Shown here: piece after piece, positions 10,901 through 17,693 of the stretch
Layout of the letters: each line of letters starts with the position of its first letter
Position numbering within the stretch: the stretch's first letter is position 1
DNA from: an uncultured bacterium
Lineage (GTDB): Bacteria > Auribacterota > JACPWU01
Reading direction: 5' to 3'
Assembly: GCA_964640155.1 (NCBI GenBank)
Contig: CAZXEQ010000005.1
Location: 154,353-186,352, forward strand
Length of the DNA stretch: 32,000 bases
Position numbers and translations under genes: made by a program
The notes under the pieces: generated by a model
What the model saw: only the letters and a program-made list of their open reading frames with translations
Databases searched by the model: none
What the model was told of the DNA's origin: nothing

Positions 10901-11473
10901 CTGATTGAAATTTTCTATTTCGTCTTTAAGCTTTTGATAAAGCAACCGTGTTTGTCTGAAGGCCTTAAAATTTTCAAGATAAATTTCAGAATTTTCTACA
11001 CCCATCAAATCAATTTTGCTTTCAGGGCCTTCTGAAATCACTGCAAATTCTGCACCTGTTAAATACCCTTCATTCAAAAATTTCTTAGCTACATTTTTGC
11101 GAATATTCGAATCTGGAAAAGATTGATAGAGAAGTGTTCTTAGGGGCCCTTCAGCACCTTCTACAAAAACCTGATCAATTCCTTTTTGATTCAAAGCTAA
11201 AATACTTTGAGCAATTTTTTCTTGAGCCTCAGGCTGGCAATGTAAATCTCGTATTAGAAAAATATTATTCTTCGAATTACTTTGATAGTTTTTGCCTTGT
11301 ATCATTCCAGGCAATGAAAGATCTTTAAAAGAGATTGGTAAAGAGGCAGAAAAAGAAGGACTGGCTTCTAATGTAGAAACTACTCCGACATTTAAAATAA
11401 GATTAAAAACGAGAAATGGAACAAGAACCATTTTCAACCATCGATAGCTTTGTGAGGGACACAAAAATGACAT
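1979..11473 (-). CDS. Giant multidomain protein, 3164 aa. Contains a signal/anchor, TraB/Tiki-like halves, an HExxH region, two repeat arrays and an SF1 helicase.
   Basis: An uninterrupted 9.5-kb frame in an AT-rich genome, with an ATG start. The helicase motifs are unambiguous, and the internal repeats are in frame. All overlapping plus-strand ORFs are short shadow ORFs. Confidence 0.9.
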   Translation of the reverse strand: MSFLCPSQSYRWLKMVLVPFLVFNLILNVGVVSTLEASPSFSASLPISFKDLSLPGMIQGKNYQSNSKNNIFLIRDLHCQPEAQEKIAQSILALNQKGIDQVFVEGAEGPLRTLLYQSFPDSNIRKNVAKKFLNEGYLTGAEFAVISEGPESKIDLMGVENSEIYLENFKAFRQTRLLYQKLKDEIENFNQWLESIKKKSYSKKLLLLDQAQKGMSSNKFSLEKIIALLEKADLDKLLKTNELWQLNTLQKEIDSAKVQKEYNELLQSFQNRLSREELQNVVRSSLEYRLGKLSTVKHFSFLKNIFEEKISKNSFKRQYPTLEIWIDFLQQQGKIDFDKAHLNLSQLIDEQIKKQADQEKVENIVKINEQWHLLQKWINLELSRKELVETVEKSPQELFRQLGFMLTSLKSPSFSKDWDLLIQEAQHFYELAQKRDQILLENALKNMNKAAQRTIILITGGFHTEGIQKLLEAKGISYTTWTPQVNGDISSDLYERIMMDEAYDLENVEFSEKRLVGHSSSEIQKMLQNPAPTGNIWAQIGEPKRPVLENMMADDLREGLAQGRSPRQIFEGWLSRIWDGLDEQEHTSLRTLLSQFVNFPEANASNPTQAKIWLDMMNKAFGEDSVLTQIVREYFESLEGQKKDELASVVVPLVVMSDLTRALIRDLESAAAEDEKLKDIVQTISDFLETFKNDKWLRIPRGKEVFIGLVKSGVITEKNLAEFLNWMDRIAQLRPASSSAVIEMLQFISVTFDSYPEQMQNSLLETLEKIADRSWTNNWKTKRVFSLLVARGIVAQVLYSRTLNLDLIVEVIDQIDANHDSFKDKRFEVLGSLPEDINPGNKDWFLHVVEVISREPWISGPLALDAFSSLLESGAKTEENLENSRNWFQGLSKPVSRKTMNRYRVINRLVTQGALTAENIPKMRELLKDVIDQEWLGSLWGPQFFAVLFSKGVLQKEEDIQILSRVMNRFDLKGKDAPLVYQGLEALLLGDIIRLENEKEIQSISQENLVDIGLLVMSDSFGYQDFARVEGIQDKTWTSVSQNPFLHLRIAYLKEEEVSDAYSLKDRVRALLLNHANAIVSYSSDLIQELADQTTNPYLLPGMISLRSKLRLKENEGRYAFSDLLKDLKVDESYKIEVLALMEEIGYRVDDKGFIITTIQLVTTIYRGSLEVDSQEAKYVTHAVTTALCHYGRKGGEAAATKGDEEVVAIGNKALHEVDYVLMNYEGRNDKKVDRGVSVAFSYENAIPQYTRKQIYLLEERSVLGLLADIQRRQEIERKEEEKLFELLNQVVKGRADESELENIITSIQASIEELRKVETNYYFQALHGYLDRDFFEGVKREYKQGEANEELIVQLTKEAQDRQLSRLLATRDDIKTPRYKQHLEQLDNRNKIWKERRLTLWGYLQFKNDMRKGTYEENKTIKIAHFSAEVNEGLAAPTEAEDAETYQALDGKNVTFTVTNGDIKFDESPELKRLEKAMGVGTDMSRDEFYAELGKIIRSRHRLQGIELTAGPFTLHFGSDRTQKEYRTLFGNHKTDGQYYINILAFLNIKDKTHRRASFLTGMSHETVHEFLKKSPIGEQPDEEILEKELAEEDARILQREIKQLNPFLFDLYGVIKPGALMKEVQYRKLEAKEARVDVLRQLRQLDDQSPTAFEPIEWITDTSAYGQVKFFLTDNKQKKTVILSTGIAKTGRAQVRRFYDEELKEWIYETRRVEGKAEEIVRQSRLVKEEGQNHWHFERFDRNKEKIIQQLKTQDARNKDVFKSLELTVDTDSKGLISFTWTDKEQQKTVNLSTGIAKEGRVQVRRFYDEELKEWIYETRRVEGDGEKQEEIVRQSRLVKEEGQGYWQFEVFDRYREKVIQQLKTQDAQNEDTFEPLEWTVETNSAGLVGFFWTDNEQRNEVYLSTGTGKKGQVQVRRFYDRDLKEWVYETQRVEGKGENKQEIIRQSRLVKEEGKNFWKFEIFDRYKEKVIQQLKAQDAKNKDAFEVMEWTVDTDSAGLVGFFWRDNAHIEKVRLSTGVNKKGQVKVRRFYDEDLKEWVYETRRVEGKGENQKEIVKQSRLVKEEGKNFWKLEMFDRNKEKVIQHLKAQDAQNKDKFEPLQWETESDNYGQINFSLIDNGQKKRARLATGTMKKGRVQASRFYDEDLKEWVYETRRVEGKGENQKEIVKQSRLVKEEGKNFWKLEIFDRNKEKVIQQLKAQDVQNKDGFEPLEWKTEVYSGGRVHFSWTDDGKHKKAILSTGIGKPGKVKVRRFYDETLEEWIYETQREVEGRMITRLSRLIKSPIHGHWMLRVMKAQGYSSPGLVEQALEDRVRRGLTNDSWALLNGKEPNESLLEAARRFGIALPEISILDEEYNREAKVTSLKLPGEVGHSSQSKELKNVLGELKEMVEGKEKELGNNVALRAIQIERLRAIGGKAQVRNGLSRATRELLGLEKPETINKEEISEEKSKIQIQDERVAQDPFQSNAVRMALHPRTKVALIQGGAGSGKTATVVEIAQQLVKQGKRVLVVSRTNLAVDNVLERLDRNKVPILRAYSRGEEGRGDDRVIESLRKYQVWNQAREDGYNGEGMKEFKKRKTNGKGYVVGVTTDSMYRVPETADQEYDVVIIDEAGTVNEIDTVLAGAKAKEKIILAGDHLQLEPFIDEAAMKGQTDIYRAMIQESGMARRWNKGQAQTFLARNYRSHPVISVMIGRLIYNKMMVPKTWRMMEEDTVRRVDVPMKKASGNEEARGTSYQNTEEANKCLEEYKRALASGYRSEQISILSAYQSQVELIREKIRDYLIRERKMKKDEAQAIVESQIGTVDSYQGRENAVVIYSFVRSNPDPSKVGFVANINRLNVALSRASDRLILVGDMKTLRNAKHTEQDRSFAILFKEKLEAEGLEAFDRFWTEQVVQGYYTLREAIQKKNKSLEREIGQGTKLTLDAEKIKKIEEYLIMKDRSKEKAMGEEDYHLLEELHERVLRGQRRIDLTEGDYEYYLRDLNELSNTFPELLSYDEEKGTLQIHWLKDESGQSVELELNQIELKEEKGTEATPLSTMNSLEVLKGEIRTFLASYRQASNSFDFAGAIAEGARRADAILDGSVRDQFLKELTHQLAEILKSKLDSAQASVEALDRALEAYQPLSDTAISLKKSVLKAVSGLPRSVPHVLRSPAEIEVAA
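2894..4066 (-). other. Upf1/DNA2-like superfamily-1 helicase module of the giant ORF (aa ~2470-2860)
   Basis: Ordered motif set:
- Walker A GGAGSGKT (nt 3989-4012, checked against the DNA)
- motif Ia SRTNLAVDNVLERL
- motif II VIIDEAG
- motif III ILAGDHLQLEP
- motif IV NYRSHPVI
- motif V TVDSYQGRE
- motif VI RLNVALSRA
This matches the AAA_11/AAA_12-type Upf1/Sen1/DNA2 pattern. Confidence 0.85.
4574..6511 (-). repeat. In-frame tandem coding repeat: five full units of ~112 aa (336 nt) plus one degenerate unit (aa 1655 to ~2300 of the giant ORF)
   Basis: Unit starts (FEPxEW-like) fall at aa 1655, 1764, 1876, 1988, 2100 and 2212, giving periods of 109 then 112 x4. The consensus core is LSTGxxKxGxVxVRRFYDExLKEWxYETRRVEGxGExxxEIVxQSRLVKEEGxNxWxFExFDRxKEKVIQQLKxQDAxNKD. 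Confidence 0.9.
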
Positions 11474-11539
11474 ATTTTTAGCCTACACTTAACTTCTTTT
11501 GATTTCAAACTATGTAGATATAGATAACACCAACACGTT

Positions 11540-11568
11540 AATATAGCATTTTTATGAAGAGTTTTCAA
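11540..11568 (-). promoter_or_regulatory. Candidate sigma-70-type promoter for the giant ORF
   Basis: The minus strand reads TTGAAA, a 17-nt spacer ending in TGc, then TATATT. This is the same architecture as the 1868-1896 promoter. It lies about 65 nt upstream of ATG 11473. Confidence 0.4.
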
Positions 11569-11623
11569 ATATGAAGTGGATTTATACTCATAACTAACTC
11601 TTTAAGAAATAGTTATAAATAAA

Positions 11624-12481
11624 TTAAAAATATTTTTTAATAAGAATCTGAAGCTTTTTCTTAGTCAATGGAGGAATTTTATCGGAAGAGGTAATCATTG
11701 CAGATTTAAGAGCTTGCCGACAGCCAGACTGACATTTTTTAGGTAAGGTTCGAATTAACCGTTTAATAACATTTTGAGCTTTTTGGGCATTGATTTTAAG
11801 ATTTTCAATCACCGTTTCCACACTTACATCAGCTTCAACGCTATGCCAACAATCATAGTCTGTGACCATAGATAATGTCGCATAACAAATTTCGGCTTCA
11901 CGAGCGAGTTTTGCTTCTATTAAATTAGTCATACCTATAATATCCATTCCCCAACTTCTATAAAGTTGAGACTCCGCTCGTGTCGAAAAAGCAGGCCCTT
12001 CCATATTAAGGTAAGTTCCCCTGGGGTGAACCCTTAACCCTTCATTCTGACAAACTTGAATCAAAATTTTTCTCAAATCTTCACAAAAAGGATCGGCAAA
12101 TGAAATATGTGCGGCCAATCCTTCTCCAAAAAACGTGTTTTTGCGCTGCGTTGTTCGATCTACAAATTGATCCGGCACTACAAAATCAAGAGGATGAATA
12201 TCTTCCTTAAGACTTCCCACCGCACTGGCAGATATAATCGAAGTCACTCCCAATTTTTTCATGCCATAAATATTGGCCTGATAATTAATTTCGGAAGGAA
12301 GCAATGTATGTCCTCGTCCATGCCGGGCCAGGAAAACAACTTCATGACCTTCTAATTTTCCTAAAAGATATGCATCCGAAGGATTCCCAAAAGGGGTTTC
12401 AACGTTTTCCCATTTTTTACTTTTTAACCCCTTCATCTCATAAAATCCGCTACCACCAATAATTCCTAACTTTTCACGCAT
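11624..12481 (-). CDS. mtnP: S-methyl-5'-thioadenosine phosphorylase (MTAP/PNP family)
   Basis: The 285-aa product starts REKLGIIGGSGFYE, and its length and overall pattern are typical of the MTAP family. Its ATG lies 2 nt after the tilS stop, so the two are probably co-transcribed. Confidence 0.8.
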   Translation of the reverse strand: MREKLGIIGGSGFYEMKGLKSKKWENVETPFGNPSDAYLLGKLEGHEVVFLARHGRGHTLLPSEINYQANIYGMKKLGVTSIISASAVGSLKEDIHPLDFVVPDQFVDRTTQRKNTFFGEGLAAHISFADPFCEDLRKILIQVCQNEGLRVHPRGTYLNMEGPAFSTRAESQLYRSWGMDIIGMTNLIEAKLAREAEICYATLSMVTDYDCWHSVEADVSVETVIENLKINAQKAQNVIKRLIRTLPKKCQSGCRQALKSAMITSSDKIPPLTKKKLQILIKKYF

Positions 12482-12483
12482 TT

Positions 12484-13947
12484 CTAATCCTCTTTTTCTT
12501 TAGGAATAAAACTTAAAGTTACTTTCAACACTTTTTTTGTATTCTCTGTCACCTTAAAATCTTCAGAAATTCGATATCCCCCAACCCAAAAAATCTTTCC
12601 CTTGGAGACAAATAACGGAATCTGATCTCGCCAGCTTGATGGAATTTTTTCATCAATCAAAATTTGTTTAACTTTTTTGGTTCCACCCAAACCTATTGGC
12701 CGATATCGATCCCCATCTTTTTTAGAACGAACTACGATCTCGTCTTGCATTTTATCTGCAGAGAAGTATTCCACCCATGTCACAGATTGCCCTTGATCTA
12801 TCGACAACAAATACTTTCTCAAAACTTCTGACTTCTTCCTAAAATTAAAGGGTTTCTGCCCACATTCTAGTGAAATCTGAATATCGAACCTTGAGAAACT
12901 CAATGTCTTTTGCGTAGGAATTTTCAAAAGACCATAGATTTTCTTCAAAGAAGTTTTCTTCTTGAGAACTTTTATCCCGTTATGTTCAATTAAAAATTGA
13001 ATCCCTCCTGGCAAAATAATTTTTCGTCCCAATTGAGCCTTTTGAATAAGAGATAAAACTCTTTCTGTGTTTTCAAAAGACAAACTTGACCCTTCCCTCA
13101 ATAAATTAAATATTCTACGAACCAAGTATCTTTGAAGGGACAACTCTAATTTTAAAAAAAGATTTTTTGAAAAACGAAAACCTTCTTCTGTTTCAACAAC
13201 CATTTTTTGAAAAAGCTTGTTTGTCTGAGTTTCAAAATATGATTCGTCAGCTTTTAAAATCTCTGACAAACGACATAATTCCTCAATAACACTAGGATTA
13301 AACTCTTTTTTCAAAAGAGGAATAAGGGTTTTTCGAATACGATTTCTAGTGAATGTTAAGTCTTTATTAGAAGAATCTTCTCGCCATAAAATTTTATTTT
13401 TTTTCAAATATTCTTTCAAATCAGCTTTTTCTACGCTTAAAAGAGGTCGAATTAAAGTTACTTTCCCTAATGTTCTTTTTTCTCTCATTCCTCCTAGTCC
13501 ACCCGTTCCTGTTCCCCTTAAAATGCGCATCAAAATGGTTTCAGCTTGATCCTCTTTCGTATGCGCCACACATACTTTGTTTGCCTTCCACTGCAAAGCG
13601 ACACGTTCAAAAAAGTCATACCGTAAGTCACGGGCTGCTTCTTCAATAGAAAGTTTCTTTTGCTTGGAAAATTTTTTTACATTCTTAGATTCCAAAACAA
13701 AGGGGAGAGATAGTTTTTGAGCAACTTTTTTAACAAACTGTGCATCTAAAGCTGAATTAACTCTTAACTGATGATCAAAATGGGCAATAACAAGTTTGAT
13801 TTTGAGTTTATCTTGAAGCTCATGTAATAGATGTAGCATCCCCATAGAATCAGCTCCTCCCGAAACAGCACAGACAACCGTTTCCCCGGCTAAAATCAAT
13901 TTTTGCTCTAAAATTTTTTGATAAATCAAAAGTGAAAGTTTTGTCAT
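12484..13947 (-). CDS. tilS: tRNA(Ile)-lysidine synthetase
   Basis: PP-loop motif SGGADS near the N-terminus (VCAVSGGADSMGMLHLL). The C-terminus is TilS-type (GGTKKVKQILIDEKIP...WVGGYRI). Confidence 0.85.
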   Translation of the reverse strand: MTKLSLLIYQKILEQKLILAGETVVCAVSGGADSMGMLHLLHELQDKLKIKLVIAHFDHQLRVNSALDAQFVKKVAQKLSLPFVLESKNVKKFSKQKKLSIEEAARDLRYDFFERVALQWKANKVCVAHTKEDQAETILMRILRGTGTGGLGGMREKRTLGKVTLIRPLLSVEKADLKEYLKKNKILWREDSSNKDLTFTRNRIRKTLIPLLKKEFNPSVIEELCRLSEILKADESYFETQTNKLFQKMVVETEEGFRFSKNLFLKLELSLQRYLVRRIFNLLREGSSLSFENTERVLSLIQKAQLGRKIILPGGIQFLIEHNGIKVLKKKTSLKKIYGLLKIPTQKTLSFSRFDIQISLECGQKPFNFRKKSEVLRKYLLSIDQGQSVTWVEYFSADKMQDEIVVRSKKDGDRYRPIGLGGTKKVKQILIDEKIPSSWRDQIPLFVSKGKIFWVGGYRISEDFKVTENTKKVLKVTLSFIPKEKED

Positions 13948-14056
13948 ATTAAATAATCGTATCTCGTATTTCGTGAAGCGTGAAGCGTTAAAAATAATAT
14001 TTCAAAAAAACGAGAGACGACTCACGAACGACGAACCCCGATTTTTAATTTCCATC

Positions 14057-14085
14057 TTGCTATGAATGCCTAATCTCACTATACT
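14057..14085 (+). promoter_or_regulatory. Candidate sigma-70-type promoter
   Basis: TTGCTA, 17 nt, TATACT, located 30 nt upstream of ATG 14115. Confidence 0.4.
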
Positions 14086-14114
14086 GATGAAAATTTCTCA
14101 AGGCCTATCATCTC

Positions 14115-14450
14115 ATGACTAAAGTCAAATCGATGCTCAGAATTCAGCAGATAGAAGAATCCCTTCGTAAAGAAGCTTTAGAGGGACATCTGGAGCTTAT
14201 TCAAGAGCTTGCCGATAATCGTATGGGAATTCCTTTAGATTTGATTCGCGCTTATGATCGAGCTAAAAAGCGTTATCCAAATGCCATTGTAAGGCTTGAC
14301 AAAGGTATTTGCCAAGGATGTCATATGGCAGCTTCCACAGGAGTTGCCTTAATTGCCAAAGCTGGTAAGTCAGTCCATGTTTGTGAATATTGCAGCCGCT
14401 TGGTTTACTGCGACACCCCTCCACCAACTCCTGCAGCACCTACCCTTTAA
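14115..14450 (+). CDS. Small zinc-ribbon domain protein (C4-type, DUF164-like C-terminal half)
   Basis: The 111-aa product has a CQGC...CEYC pair of CxxC knuckles after a helical N-terminal part. Confidence 0.5.
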   Translation: MTKVKSMLRIQQIEESLRKEALEGHLELIQELADNRMGIPLDLIRAYDRAKKRYPNAIVRLDKGICQGCHMAASTGVALIAKAGKSVHVCEYCSRLVYCDTPPPTPAAPTL

Positions 14451-14539
14451 TCGCCAGAATCAATAAAAATAAAAAAAATCTGGTATAGACAGCAAAACTA
14501 AGTATAATGATGTCTCATTTTTTAAAATTATTGAACTAC

Positions 14540-14613
<74 letters not shown>

Positions 14614-14634
14614 GATATTAGGCTTACAAATCAG

Positions 14635-14668
14635 GGGCTAAAGGCCACAAGCCTTTAGTCCTATTTTT
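14635..14668 (+). terminator. Intrinsic terminator after tRNA-fMet
   Basis: GGGCTAAAGGC, loop cacaa, GCCTTTAGTCC (one G-U pair), followed by TATTTTTA. Confidence 0.6.
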
Positions 14669-14710
14669 ATAGGCTCAAAAAACAAGATTCTTCAAGAATT
14701 TTGCAACAAC

Positions 14711-14782
14711 GCCAGGGTAGCTCAGAGGTAGAGCGGGGCTCTCATAAGGCCTAGGTCGTGGGTTCGATTCCCCCCTCTGGCA
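14711..14782 (+). tRNA. tRNA with CAU anticodon: either elongator Met or tRNA-Ile2 (the lysidine substrate)
   Basis: Manual cloverleaf: acceptor GCCAGGG/CTCTGGC, D arm GCTC-AGAGGTA-GAGC, anticodon loop CTCATAA, T loop TTCGATT. There is one U50-C64 mismatch in the T stem. Met versus Ile2 identity cannot be decided by eye. Confidence 0.75.
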
Positions 14783-14926
14783 AACTGTTTGTTACAAACT
14801 CTAAGCCTTTCCCAAAACTTCACTTCTTCAGGAAACTTCTAAAACTCTTGAGGAGGAATTGAAGGGAAATACGAAGTAAACCGTCTTCACAATCCACTAT
14901 CATCTACACACAAACCATTTATTTTA

Positions 14927-15637
14927 CTAAAATTTCGTGAACCTTGTCCGTAAAGCAACTTTGAGATATTGCCAGGTATGATTAAAAACATGCGTCTTGG
15001 TGGGGCCTCCCAACCTTTGAGAATAAAGCACTGGAATTTCAATCTCTGCGATTCCCCTTTGTTTAAGAGCATAATGAAATCTGATTCCAAAATCTCCATG
15101 CCCTGTAAAAATCTTATCCAGAGGAAGAGTCTGCAAATGTTGTTTTTTAGCAAGAATAAATCCACTTAAAACATCTGTTGTACGAAGACCTAATATCTTT
15201 CTAAATAAAAAATTGAGAAATCGACTTCCAAAATATCTTAAGCCTCCCTTTTTCATTCCTCCACCTCTTAAGAATCTGGATCCATTCACCACATCGGCCA
15301 AATCTCGACTGGTGAGAAAGCGAGGGATGTCGGCAGGCGCATGCTTGAAATCAGAGTCCATGATTAAAACCCAATCTTTCGTCGCAGCTTGAATCCCGTC
15401 ACAGACAGATCCTCCCAAACTTCTGGTGGCATTCCTTGAAATGATTTTTACATTGGGATGATCGGAAAATACTTTCTGAATCACTTGCGCTGTTCCATCT
15501 GTACTAGAATCATCCACAACACAAATTTCAAAATCTATTTTGATATTTGAAAGAATCTCTAGAATTCTTTTAACCAAAAGACAAATGACTTGTTTTTCGT
15601 TGTAGGTGGGTAAGATAACTGAAACAGATTCTTTCAT
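14927..15637 (-). CDS. Family-2 glycosyltransferase (polyprenol-phosphate mannose/glucose synthase-like)
   Basis: VSVILPTYNE near the N-terminus and VVDDSSTDGT (DxD-type region). Length 236 aa. Confidence 0.75.
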   Translation of the reverse strand: MKESVSVILPTYNEKQVICLLVKRILEILSNIKIDFEICVVDDSSTDGTAQVIQKVFSDHPNVKIISRNATRSLGGSVCDGIQAATKDWVLIMDSDFKHAPADIPRFLTSRDLADVVNGSRFLRGGGMKKGGLRYFGSRFLNFLFRKILGLRTTDVLSGFILAKKQHLQTLPLDKIFTGHGDFGIRFHYALKQRGIAEIEIPVLYSQRLGGPTKTHVFNHTWQYLKVALRTRFTKF

Positions 15638-15749
15638 AGGCTGTCTAGATTCTAGTTTTTCAATGTTTAATCGAAAAGGTAGAAAATTTTAACTTAAAAA
15701 ACCAAAGAGTTCCATAGAATTGCCCGTCTATCCTAAAAATAAACCCCTA

Positions 15750-15780
15750 TAAAAAAAGAGGACCCTCTACGGGTCCTCTT
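15750..15780 (-). terminator. Intrinsic terminator after glnK
   Basis: The minus strand reads AAGAGGACCC, loop gtaga, GGGTCCTCTT, then TTTTTTA, about 30 nt after the P-II stop codon. Confidence 0.7.
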
Positions 15781-15808
15781 TTCTTGAAACACGATAAAAA
15801 AGGAAGAA

Positions 15809-16162
<354 letters not shown>

Positions 16163-16168
16163 TTAGCT

Positions 16169-17623
16169 TTATTCCAATGTTGCGTAACCAACTTCACCAT
16201 GTTCTGCCAAATCTAATCCCTGACGTTCAACATCAGGAGTAGGTCGCAACCCAATGGTCAACTTCACCACATAAGCAATGACAGTTGTTCCCACAATAGC
16301 CAAAACAATGGTTAACCCCATTGCTTTTAATTGTTCAATCCAAAGAGTCTTGCCTAGAAAATCTTTGAGATTCACAAGAAGGTTAGGATTAGAAGTTCCA
16401 TTTGCAAAGACGCCAGTCAAAAATGCACCCAGCGTTCCACCTATGGCATGAACACCAAACGTATCCAAAGCATCATCATATCCCAACCAATGCTTCAGTT
16501 TGTAACATGCAAAGAAAGGAATTAAACCTGCAAGAACACCAATGATCATGGCCGAAGAGGCATTGATAAAACCGCAAGCCGGTGTAACCACAACCAATCC
16601 AGCGACAGCTCCAGAGCAAAATCCCAACACACTGGGTTTACCCTTTAGAATATATTCTGCAAGAGCCCAAGAGAAAGAAGCGACTGCGGCTGCAAGCGTG
16701 GTTGTCATAAAAGCATTGGCAGCAACGCCATCAGCTGCTACTGCACTTCCCGCATTGAAACCATACCAACCCACCCAAAGCATTCCCGTTCCAACCATAC
16801 AAAGAACCATGCTATGAGGAGCCATATTCTCTTTACCAAAACCCAAACGTTTACCTAAAATCATACATAAAACCAAAGCAGACCATCCTGAAGACATGTG
16901 AACCACAGTACCACCAGCAAAATCAATGGCTTTAACTTTTGCCGCAGCATTCCACACACCGTTCATCAGGCCATCAATACCCCAGACCATATGAGCCAAT
17001 GGGAAATAAATAACAAACATCCACAAAGCCATGAACACCATTAAAGCACTAAATTTCATACGTTCTGCAATCGCACCGATGATTAATGCGGGTGTAATAA
17101 TGGCAAACATCATTTGATACATCGAAAACACATTTTGAGAAACCCAATAGGAATAATTGGTATTGGGGGCAGAATCCACTCCCTTTAAAAAGGCAAAACT
17201 TAGATCTCCCAAAATGGGGCCTCCTGTTGAGAATACAAAACTATATCCAACAGCCCACCAAAGAATGGTGACTAAACCTGCCAAGCCCAAACATTGAGCT
17301 AAAACTGACAAAATGTTTTTTGCTCGAACCAAACCTCCGTAAAAAAGTGCTAACCCCGGCAAGGTCATGAAAAGAACCAAGAGAGCTGAAGTCATCATCC
17401 AGCCATTATGTCCAGGACCTGCTACGGCAATTTTAGAAGAAACTTGAGCATCTACTGCATCCGAACCTCTTGCCGTATTATTAACATATGCTTCAATATC
17501 TGCCACCCGTTGTTCCAAGGATGGTTCCTCTTTATCTGCAAAAGCTAAAGAGGAAACTTTTAACAAGCTTACCCCCAATATTAAAAACATCATTAATTTT
17601 AGAAAAACTGACTTCTTGCCCAT
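16169..17623 (-). CDS. amtB: Ammonium transporter (Amt family) with signal peptide
   Basis: Multi-pass membrane protein with typical Amt blocks (AIDFAGGTVVHMSSG, WFGFNAGS-like WYGFNAGSA, GVHAIGG). I place the start at ATG 17623 (MGKKSVF) because AAGGAGG lies 7 nt upstream. The track start at 17689 has no ribosome-binding site. Confidence 0.85.
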   Translation of the reverse strand: MGKKSVFLKLMMFLILGVSLLKVSSLAFADKEEPSLEQRVADIEAYVNNTARGSDAVDAQVSSKIAVAGPGHNGWMMTSALLVLFMTLPGLALFYGGLVRAKNILSVLAQCLGLAGLVTILWWAVGYSFVFSTGGPILGDLSFAFLKGVDSAPNTNYSYWVSQNVFSMYQMMFAIITPALIIGAIAERMKFSALMVFMALWMFVIYFPLAHMVWGIDGLMNGVWNAAAKVKAIDFAGGTVVHMSSGWSALVLCMILGKRLGFGKENMAPHSMVLCMVGTGMLWVGWYGFNAGSAVAADGVAANAFMTTTLAAAVASFSWALAEYILKGKPSVLGFCSGAVAGLVVVTPACGFINASSAMIIGVLAGLIPFFACYKLKHWLGYDDALDTFGVHAIGGTLGAFLTGVFANGTSNPNLLVNLKDFLGKTLWIEQLKAMGLTIVLAIVGTTVIAYVVKLTIGLRPTPDVERQGLDLAEHGEVGYATLE

Positions 17624-17677
17624 TTTTACTCCTCCTTGGTGATTTTTAAACGTTAGAAAAATAGATATGATGGATAA

Positions 17678-17693
17678 AGCAAATACCATGCCA
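17678..17693 (-). promoter_or_regulatory. sigma-54 (-24/-12) promoter of amtB-glnK
   Basis: The minus strand reads TGGCATggtatTTGCT, against the consensus TGGCAC-N5-TTGCW. It lies about 55 nt upstream of ATG 17623. Confidence 0.6.

Noticed and set aside
14887-15165. 92-aa minus-strand ORF overlapping the 3' part of the GT2 gene, and likewise 15733-15918 overlapping glnK and its terminator
   Set aside because: These are out-of-frame overlaps with well-supported genes and are shadow ORFs.
17624-17689. N-terminal 22-codon extension of amtB as given in the ORF track
   Set aside because: The ATG at 17623 has a consensus AAGGAGG 7 nt upstream and starts a typical signal peptide. The extension also overlaps the predicted sigma-54 promoter and leader.
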